DNA from: Octopus vulgaris
Taxonomy: Eukaryota
Length of the DNA: 64,000 bases
Reading direction: 5' to 3'
NCBI GenBank assembly: GCA_951406725.2
Contig: OX597818.1
Coordinates: 11,904,001-11,968,000, forward strand
Below are positions 54,220 to 64,000 of this stretch, in pieces. Under the pieces are notes generated by a model that was not told the origin of the DNA, did not search any database, and was given only the letters and a program-made list of their open reading frames with translations. Numbering within the stretch: the stretch's first letter is position 1; each line of letters opens with the position of its first letter. Position numbers and translations under genes: made by a program.

Positions 54220-54248
54220 CTACGGTAATGTACATATTTAGAAGAAAT
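54220..54248 (-). CDS. 29-nt micro-exon of an unidentified gene
   Basis: Strong acceptor gtttttggtttttctatttcag| and consensus donor TAG|GTAAGT flank ATTTCTTCTAAATATGTACATTACCGTAG. Two frames are open (ISSKYVHYR. or .FLLNMYITV.). Confidence 0.6.
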
Positions 54249-55919
54249 CTGAAATAGAAAAACCAAAAACAAATCATATAAAGGAATAGACATCTTTAGT
54301 GATTGGAATGTTAAAAATGTAATCTAAGCTTCAACATGCAGTAAAAAAGAAATACATTGGTTGGAGACTAATATCATCTTAGGAAGGCGGGGATGTACTA
54401 AAGCACATATGCAAAAGAAATCCCAAATGGATTGCAATTTCTTTGTACTGGGAGAAAGAAAACGAAAACATAACAATTACATTAATTATAAGAAATTAAG
54501 ATTTAATTTCACAGTAATTTAAATTTTCATGCTTAGTCAGGGAGATTTGATCTCTGTTAACAGGAAGGTAACAACTACAGATATGATTTTGGTAGTGTTA
54601 GACCACTTCAAAGAAGAAATCATTACTTGATCAGGGAGCATATCATTATCAAAACAATGTGGTTATGGCTTGGATGTATGTGTGCATCATCATCATCATC
54701 ATCATCATCATCGTTTAACGTCCGCTTTCCGCGCTAGCACGGGTTGGACGGTTTGACCGGGTCTGGGAAGCCAGGGGCCGCAACAGGGGGCCGGAGGGTC
54801 CGGCATCGTCACGATCGGTTCGAGCATTTTAACGTGTCAGCGGCACGGGGGCAAAAGGCTTGAAAGTAGCCTAAAAGGTTAAATTTTCGTAACAGTGTAT
54901 GAATAAACGTAGTAACAACAAATAAAAAAAGAGTAAGATAAGTAAACTTATATTTATACATACATACAAACATATACAAATATATATATACACACACACA
55001 CACATACTTATATACATAAATATATACTTACACCTAAGTATATACACATACATATATATCTTATATATATATATCTTATATATATATATATATTTATATA
55101 TACAAATACAAATTTTATATACATGTGTGTGCATATAATCTTTCAGTTATGGATATAAACATCAGAGAGAAAAACAAGAAACCTGTGTTTTTCAAACAGC
55201 TTTTGAGATATTTGTTCTGGGCTGAGTTAGACACACCCTTATCAGAAAAGCAATAAACCAGTAATTCAACAATTAGATATCTATAATTACTGACACAGAT
55301 TAACAAGTTGTGCTATGAAAGGCATAATTATATAATATATGATATGGGAAATAACTCTTCTGCTAAAAATCATGTTATGGGTTTTCAGTGAAAGTATAAT
55401 CACACCATACCTACCAAAAATTTTAATAACTCGCATGACACCTACATGATAAATTAAAACTATAGATATTATCTTACAGTTGTACCTTTAATGATGTTAT
55501 TTAAACTTTAACAGGCCAATGCCTGGTTTACTGTATTTCATAAGGGAATAAATATCACAAGATAAATATATTTATCAGAGCAGGCTATCACAGCAATTTC
55601 CCATTAAAGCACATATATATCTTTCAGTGATTTTATATTTACATATATTTCATTATGTTGAACCATTAATCTCTACACATTTTTTCTCTTTCTGTCTAAC
55701 AGCACAGGCTCAAAATGTCAGACTTTTCCATTCTTCCCAAGCGTCAAGTAATATGCCTACATACTGTTCTCTCGTCTTCATCTCGTTTTCTGTAAATTTG
55801 AACTATATGTGTGTATTTATATATATGGTGCAGCCATCTGGTTCGCCAGACTTCAGTCAAATCGTCCAACCCATGCTAGCATGGAAAGCGGACATTAAAC
55901 AATGATGATGATGATATTC

Positions 55920-56260
55920 TTTTATTCTTTTATCTGTTTCAGATATTTTTCTGCAGCCATGCTGGAGCACCACCTCTAGTCGAACTTAAACTTCTGTAAA
56001 CCTAGTACTTATTCTACTGGTCTCTTTTGACAAACCGCTAAGTTACAGGGATGTAAACTCACTAGCATCAGTTATCAAGTGATGGTGGGGCGATAAACAC
56101 AGACACACAAAGATATTCTTTCAGTTTCTGTTTACCAAATCCACTCACAAGGCTTTTTTGTCAGCCCATGGTTATAGCAGAAGACACATGCCCAAGGTGC
56201 CATGCAGTGGGACTGAACCCGGAACCATGTGGTTGGTAAGCAAGCTACTTACCATACACT
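55920..56260 (-). mobile_element. SINE, dominant family
   Basis: Reverse-complement match. Confidence 0.85.
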
Positions 56261-57544
56261 CACATAATTTAGTAACATAAAAATAGACTTACACGCACAC
56301 ACATATACACATCAACTCTCAATATCCCAAACTATCTAGCTATAAGCAAGTATCGCGAAAAGGAAGTTTACAACTGCAGGTAATTGATGTCACTCTGAGA
56401 CTGAAGAGTAATAATTCAGTTTGAGCTGAAACCCTGTCGAGGACTTTAAGAATATAACAACATATTGCTGATGAAATTAGACATTACAAGCACAAATCTG
56501 AAACAAAAGTAGAATAGTTGCACTGATGTGATGCAAACCACATATCTATTGGTAATCAGATCACATTTTCAATTACACTATAGCCTTTCCATTTCAAATT
56601 CATCATTATCATCATCATTGTTTAACGTCCACTTGTCATGCTGGTATGGGTGTGACGATTTGACAGGAGCTGGCCAGACAGAAGCCTGCACCAGATTTCT
56701 GTGTCTGTTATGGCAGGATTTTTACAGCTGGATGTCCTTCCTAACACCAACCACCCAGCAGAATGGACAGTGCATTTTACATGGAACAAGCATAGGCAAG
56801 GTCAGTTTTGGCAAGGTTTTTACAGCTGGATGACCTTCCAAATGCCAACCACTTTACAGTGTGGACTGGATGCTTTTTAAGTAGCACCTGCATTGACTGG
56901 ATCACCAAGTAACTTGCAAAACGAAAATCTTTTGAAGAGAGGGGGCATTGCAGGAGGTGATCCTGTGTCAGATGATGAAAGGTTATAATGAGATAGAGAG
57001 ACAGAAACAGGTGTCTTTTTGTAGTGGAGGTACAAGGTTACCTGGCCAGAGAAATAACGAGATCAGGAATGAGAACAAAAACAAACATACTGCTGTAAAA
57101 GAGATACATGATTACCCAATCTGAGGGAGGAGCAGGAGAAGGAGAGAAAGAGTGGGAGACAGCAGGATAGAGATGGTAGCAAAGTGCTGGGCATACTCAC
57201 AAGGGATGGGGATCAAAATATCATAAATAGGATTGTTGAGTAAAGGAAGAGAGAGATAGAGATGATGGCAAGTGCCAGGACATACCCTTCAGGTTCACCA
57301 GACATAATATAAGTGGCAGGACATTGCCAAAAAAGCATGATTAGAGAGTGCGGAAAGGTGGGGGAGTGAGTGGCAAAAACTTGGCTATATATAGAGTCGA
57401 TGGGCTACTGGATAGCAATGATAAAGAAGAACAGGGCCCGTGAGGACAGGATTGGGGAGTGAGAGCTAGGCATAGTGTATGAAGGAGGAAATATGAGGAA
57501 GAGATGTAGAACAATAGAAAAGTTTTGATTAGTCAAAGTATGAC

Positions 57545-58673
57545 CCAAAGTATGATGGCATCTCTGCCATCAATCAACAAGATTATTTATGCCTTATTGA
57601 TAAAAACTTACTGACTTTGATGCTAAGAAATCTTTAAAAGCTGATTCCACCTCTGGTTTGGACCTGACAGTTTTATCACTTAAAACGTGTTTAAATGCTT
57701 AAAAAACAGTAGTCAGTGGGTAAAAGATCACGAGAATATGAAGGATGTGGTAAAGTCTCAAATCATGAGTTTCTGCCGCATCATTCTTACAACATGTGAA
57801 TTTGCATTATCATGGAGTAGAATTGGGGCCATGCCGATTCACGTATGCAGGTCTCATATTTTGCAAGTTGATTGCAGTAAGAAAGCTGTTATGGACAACA
57901 CCAATTGCAGAGCACCAGACAGTCACCATAATCTTTTGCTGACGCAACTTTGGCTTTGGGAAATGTTGGGGGGGGGGGGGGCTCATCACGATCAAGTCAT
58001 TGACCTGATCATTTATAGTTATCACAAAGGATCCACTTTTCATCACAAGTGACTATTCAGTCAAGAAAAGGATCATTGGTGTTTCGCAGAAAGAGCATCG
58101 AGTACACTTCAAAATGCTAAACTTTTTATTTTCCTTGAGCTCATGCAGTACCAATTTATCAAGCTTTTTCACCTCACCAATCTTCTGCAGATTGCGTGAG
58201 ACCATTGCAATACCGACACCAAGTGCCTGAGACATTTTTCTGACACTTTGACAATGGTTTTGTTCAACAATTGCTTTCAATTGTTCATTGTGAAGACTGC
58301 ATGACCATTCTCTACCTTCTTCATCTTCAAGGCTCTCATCACCACTATGGAATTTCTGAAACCACCTTTGTACTGTGTGATCACTTGTGGACCCTCTCCC
58401 CATGCTCTGCTGATATTGGCAGCAGTTTGGGAGGCATTGTGCCCAAGCTTGAACTCATGCAAGAAAAGTAAGCAAAGGTCCTTTTTTGTCATGTTCATAA
58501 TTAAGGGTGCCTATGCTTCAAGAATGATGTATGCTCTTTAATAATTTTCTTATTTCATACAGAAAACATTAAGTATGTTGAAATTCCCCTAAAATATAAT
58601 TAAAATACCATGATAAAATTGTGTTTCAAAATACAACACTTAGAGTGGCCATTATTTTCGGAACAACCTAATA
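57545..58673 (-). mobile_element. Decayed near-complete mariner element
   Basis: TIR TATTAGGTTGTTCCGAAAATAATGGCC at the right end; LHEFKLGHNASQTAANI, TVQRWFQKFHSGDESLED and KIMVTVWCS motifs; frameshifted. Confidence 0.9.
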
Positions 58674-59993
58674 GAGTGGTTTGTTGAGGTAGGGTGTGTG
58701 AACAGTTTTCTTATGTGTGGGTGGAACACACAGGAGGATCTAGTAGATAGAAATGATGCAGTGAGACAAGGCCAAAGGGACAGGTTTGGGGAGTGGGAGG
58801 TAAGTATAGCGCATGAAGTGGAAATGTGAGGAAGAGATGTAGAGAGGTAGTTTGGTTTGTTGTGGTAGAGTGTGTGAGAAGTTTTCTATTTTAGTGTGAG
58901 TAGGACACACAACATTTCTAGAACTCAGTTTCGCTGATGTAGTGATATCTTCTCAAGAATTTTACATCGCCAGACATCTTGGTCCATTGTTATTTCCGAT
59001 CCACTTTGTGTTGCATAATCTTTCTTTACAAAGATTGTGCTACATGTTAAGAAGTCTAGATATGCTTTCATGGTTGACTACAAGTAGGCTACCAGTATCT
59101 GGTAAGAAGGCTATTGTTTTGTTCACATATCTTAAGGACATAAAGAGAAGGGGAAATTAAACACATATAGACACACAAACACACATACATACATAAACAA
59201 ATGGTGTAAAAAGTACTCAGTCCACTCTGTAAGGTGGTTGATGTTAGGAAGGTCATCTAGCCATAAAAAAAACCCTGCCAAAACAGTGAAACCTGGTGCA
59301 GTCTTCTGCCTAGCCAGCCCCTGTCAAACCGTCCAACCCATACCAACATGGAAAACAGACATTAAATGATGATGATGAATCAAGTGAAATAACTCAGAGT
59401 GACCAGATTTTAATAAGAGACAAATACTAGTAAGCTAAATACCATACAACAAAAATCCTTGACTTATTAAAGTTATCCCTGCTTCTAGAAGATATGTCAT
59501 AATTTCCAAATGGCAATAATGACCAAGTCTACTTGATAAGAGGAAATAATATCAAGATTCAGATATTCTCCAAAACTGACATGCCATTAAGAGATAAGAG
59601 GACAGTTGTGGATACATGTTTCTGGTTCAATAGCCTTCATCAGCATGACAGTTATATAAACACACATGCATGACAGGTTTCTTCAGTTTCTATCTATCAA
59701 GTACATGCATAAAATATTGGCTGACCTGTGGCTGTAGTACAGAATGCTAGAATGTTAGCTGACAATGATCACACAGTGGAAGCAAACCCTGAACCACATG
59801 GTTCTAAAGCAAACCTCTTAACCACACATCCATTTTTATATATCCTTTGCAATTAATTCTGCACCTGATTTATGTTTCTTTGAATCACTATTTCACAAAA
59901 ACAACTTCACTAATAATGTCCTAACAATTTAATGCATCATAATGTTTCTCATAGAAGAGCCATGGGAGTTGAAAAGGGGACAGACAAATTGCT

Positions 59994-62900
59994 TCTATAA
60001 TAATAAAAGCAAAATTCTGTCTGTCCATCTGGGACCCTGTATTTCAGTTTACATTTGCTCTATATAGACATGCTTCTTTGGAATTAGGATTATTCTGAGA
60101 CTGAAAATCTGCCCTTCATTTGGCTCTTGAACATCCAGCATTGGGATCTGATTTAAAAGCATTTAGACTGCTATTTCTAGCAGGTAACGCTTGGCTGATT
60201 CATGCCATCTTGGTTGACGTTTATCTGATGATGACAGAGATTGTGGGGGAGATAAATGCCATTCACTTCATTAATTTTACATTGACATAAGAACTTTGGG
60301 ACAAATTGACCAACAGTTGGAATTCAGCTTGCAACTGGAACAATAGAATGACTGCATTACAGAATTAATTCTCATCCATCCTTAACCTCTGATCAAACAC
60401 CACCAGGGCATATAGTCATGCTATTTGGCTCTCTTTAGTTTTTGATCGTGGGGCCCAATTAGCCATCCACAGGAAGTAGCTGAAAAGTCCACACGAAGTG
60501 GAGCTTTTAAGCTAGTCGCTTAATAAACCTACGATGATTTTAAACTTTTTAAAGCAGTTCAGATGCAAGCTATTTTGTTTTCTCATTAATAAATGGGTGA
60601 GCAGCAAATATTTCGCATTCTTGGCAGTTTGAAGACCACTAGATAACAGGACACTAACTTGGGTACAGAAATGGTTGTGTGGTTAAGAAATTCACCTCTT
60701 AACCACACAGCTTATTATAGTCTTTGCCAATACAAGCTTTCTGATTGAAATTTGATAGATAGAAAATGTGCAGAAACCCATCAGAGGGAACTGTCCTTAT
60801 TTAAGGATGGCCAGCTTAATGTGTCATCCATTTTATGAACATCACCTTTAATTGTGTCCAACTCTGTTGCAAACTTTCAAGTTAGGTATCTGATCTGAGA
60901 ACCACTACCTCCTTCCTCCAACTACTGTCAGAATCCCTAAAAAAATAAGTCATGCACACTTCCTTGCTTTTTCTGAGTAAGCAATACTGTATTTTCTAGC
61001 TTACAAGTATATAATGTAAACATTCAAACATCGTTGCAAGCTTTCCAAATCCTGCTGCATTTCACAAAGAATTTTTGGTCCTCCAAAGTTGTTTTGGTGT
61101 ATAAGCTGACCTTTTTAGAGAGGAGAAAGTGGGTGGAAAAAAGTCTACTTGTATGCCAGAAGATATAAACATTTTATTTCAGCTTTTAAAAAATTTACTA
61201 TAACTCATTTAAAAAGTTCTTAACATGAAATCTTTTAGATTTGATAAATGAAACAAGGAAGAACATAAAATCAATTTTCATCAAATGACAACAAATTTTC
61301 TAACTATAACCCAGCTGTTATCTAACTCAAATGACATTTAATGAGAGAGAGAGAGAGAGAGAGGAGGAGGAAGAGAGAGTGTCACAAAAATGAATAACCT
61401 GAATTAGAACGAGTGCATGAATCTGTGACCACAACAAAGAAAAGGGGTGTATTACAAAGGCATTTCACAGCATGTAAACATAAATACCACAGAGATGTAT
61501 AGTTTTCTTTCTCTTCATGTACCACCAGGCACTCAACCATGAAGACAATGAATAAGCATCTTTGCAGTGGCTCTACCAGCTAGAAATAGCAGCCAAAATC
61601 TCTCTCAATGCAAACCTTGCCTTTAAAAAAAAAGGACACAATGGATAATGTAGTTTTAAACACACAATATCTGTATTAAAGATAGGGTGGTCAGGGATGG
61701 AAATTCCTTTTATCATATATCTTGTCCATCAGGTTTGACCTAGAATTAAACAACAACTACAAAGCAGAGAGTGGAACCGGTTTCATGTCTCAAAGGCTCT
61801 GTGAAAGTCCTTGATGGCTATAACTCCCTTTTTCCATACCACCCCACTGCAAAAAGGAACTGGAGCAAACAAAATTATGTCCTTGTTCAGTGTGAAGAAA
61901 TACAACACATTGTATTTTGTAGTAGGGTTTGAACTCATAGCCACACGATCAATGACATAATGCCTTAACCTCTGCTACTGTGCTTCAAGTGTCTTGTTAG
62001 GTTATCATGAATTAACTACTGAATTTTTTTTTATTTATTAACACTGACTCCTTTCATTAGAGAATAAATAATAAGACTACATCCACACTTTCAACCAACA
62101 TGAAGTACTATGGACAACAAGCAGCAAAACTAATTAAATTAATTCCATATTTGAATATATATATTTCTTTACTACCCACAAGGGGCTAAACACAGAGGAG
62201 ACAAACAAAGACAGACAAAGGGATTAAGTCGATTACATCGACCCCAGAGCGTAAATGGTACTTAATTTATCGACCCAGAAAGGATGAAAGGCAAGGTCGA
62301 CCTCGGCGGAATTTGAACTCACAATGTAACGGCAGACGAAATACGGCTACACCCGGTGTGCTAACGTTTCTGCCAGCTCGCTGCCTCCATATTTGAATAT
62401 ATAATTAACACAAATGTTGCTGTGTGGTAAGAAGTTTGCTTTTGAAATACATGGTTCTGGGTTCAGTCCCATTGCATTGGCTCTTTGGCCTTGTGAATGG
62501 ATTTTGTAGGCAGAAACTGAAAGAAACGTCTATCCATCTCTATGTCTATATCTTATTTATCTATCTATATCTATCTTGTCTAGCTAGCTCTCTCTCTCCC
62601 TCTCTCTATATCTCACTCACACTCTATAGTTTTCACTTCCATTTTTCAGATGCTGTTGTTTTCACTGTAAGTTTTCAATCGCTATTTACAAATGGCAAAT
62701 TACTGACAGAAAGAAGTTCACAATTACTGATGAAAGTAATTTCATACATAATTTACTGACAGAAGTAACTTCATAAATTTCACTTAAATCTATACACTTA
62801 GTTAATTTATCTAAAACAGCTGACAAGGAATAGGATATCCACTGCAGAATGAAGAGCAGTTGCAACAGCTCAGAGAAGCAACTTCTATGAAGCAGCTTTC

Positions 62901-63538
62901 AACTATGATCCAGCAGTTCATTATGCAGATGAGTTTCTATTGGTGCAATGACAACTGAGTGCATACATTGTAAAGCAAGGAAGTGACCTGGAGAGACACC
63001 TGCACTGTGCTGCAGTGGTGGAAAGGTTAAACTCCCTGCTATCCCCCAACCTCCACAGCCATTGAAGAAACTGTTGTCATCAACTGGCCAAGATTCCAAG
63101 CACTTCCAAAACAAAATGAGACAATACAATGCTGCACTACAGATGACATCATTTGGAGCCACAAAAGATTTAACTGAGCCAAGATTCATGCAAACTTTCA
63201 AGATCCAAGGTCAGATTTATCATTGGATTGGCTACCTCTATCAAATGAATCACCAAAATCTGACTTTCATTGTTTATAATCTGTACCTGTTTTTTTTGTT
63301 AGAAAATAAGCTACACAAAATGTGTTTTTGAATTATGTGTATTTACTTTATATACATATCTAAGTTGAAAACTTTCTTTTAACATTTCACTTAACGTCTA
63401 TGTTCCATGCTGGTATTGGGTTGGAGAGTTATTAAGTTGGTGTCTGAACTACTAGCAGTTGAGACCTGCGTAATCTAGATAGCATTTTAAAATTTCATTA
63501 TTCTGTGTAACCCAGGCAATGCCGAGTATATCTGCCAG
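59994..63538 (+). mobile_element. Decayed Helitron with nested SINEs
   Basis: 5' TCTATAATAATAAAAG start. RepHel N-terminal fragment 62930-63240 (C..C..PGE..LCCSGGKVKLP..YNAALQMTSFGA..TFKIQGQIYH). 3' hairpin cccaggcaatgccgag then ccag|t (degenerate CTAG). That both ends belong to one element is inferred. Confidence 0.7.
62165..62386 (-). mobile_element. Second SINE family; copies at ~25360-25522, 39420-39582, 50150-50307 (all -) and 17280-17400(+)
   Basis: Minus ggcagcgagctggcagaaacgttagc..gagttcaaattccgccgaggtcgaccttgcctttcatcc. Confidence 0.8.
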
Positions 63539-63580
63539 TATATGCATATATATGTATAAACATACACATATATATGCATA

Positions 63581-64000
63581 TACGAAGTCTGATCAATAAG
63601 TATCCAGACTGTTGTCAGAGTAACAAAGCTAAAGCATGCAGAGTGAAGCCACTTGGCAAAAATTTATCTTAAACTAACATTCTAGTTCACTTCCACTGTT
63701 TGCAGCAGTGCTTAGTAGGAAGGTGTGTAGTGTGTGATCATCACATTGACAAAGACAGAGAAAGTTGTCATGGCAATACCTGATCAGTGGCCTACACAAA
63801 GTAGCAGAAAGTGTATGGAGAGGAGTGTATGAGTTATCAGAGGATGTGCAGATTAGTTATGGTTCAGTTCAGTCCATTATCACTGAAGATTTGGGTATGA
63901 GACACGAGTCTGCCAAAACTGCTTTCAGCTGACCAAAAAGACACTAGAGTTTTAGATGCACAAGATCTCCTTGATTGTGTCGAGAATGATGAAAACTTTT
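63581..64000 (+). mobile_element. Mariner element 5' part, running off the window
   Basis: TA + cgaagtctgatcaataagtatcc TIR-like start; ISYGSVQSIITEDLGMRHESAK HTH-linker motif. Confidence 0.75.

Noticed and set aside
55183-55279. Possible upstream exon of the right-hand gene (YLIVELLVYCFSDK..)
   Set aside because: Weak donor (gtttct), and its phase would put a stop inside the micro-exon.
56401-56440. CTGAAGA..GAAACCCTGTC hammerhead-like motif
   Set aside because: Stem II and stem I do not pair.

Overview
AT-rich, repeat-dense eukaryotic DNA. The SINE, RTE and MITE families and the (TA)n/(CA)n microsatellites point to an octopus (coleoid cephalopod) genome; this host assignment is an inference. 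Almost all listed ORFs are microsatellite, SINE or decayed-transposon artefacts. The one well-supported host gene feature is the first coding exon of a minus-strand copper-transporting P1B-ATPase (ATP7A/B family, GMHCNSC motif, 4655-4782). Its likely promoter and non-coding exon 1 lie in a CpG-rich patch near 32.2-32.6 kb, implying a ~27 kb intron 1. The 3' end of a second, unidentified minus-strand gene is probably present (29-nt micro-exon 54220-54248, terminal exon from 49925, poly(A) signal ~48945). Between them, a CpG-retaining block (~32-47.5 kb) holds possible plus-strand exons of a divergent or decaying transcript, a CR1-like LINE and a very young, GC-rich RTE LINE. Also present are mariner, hAT, piggyBac-like and Tigger-like elements, Helitron and Penelope remnants, hammerhead-ribozyme-like cores, long palindromes and a 140-bp near-exact duplication. 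No prokaryote-style system or CRISPR array is supported. TE boundaries are approximate.
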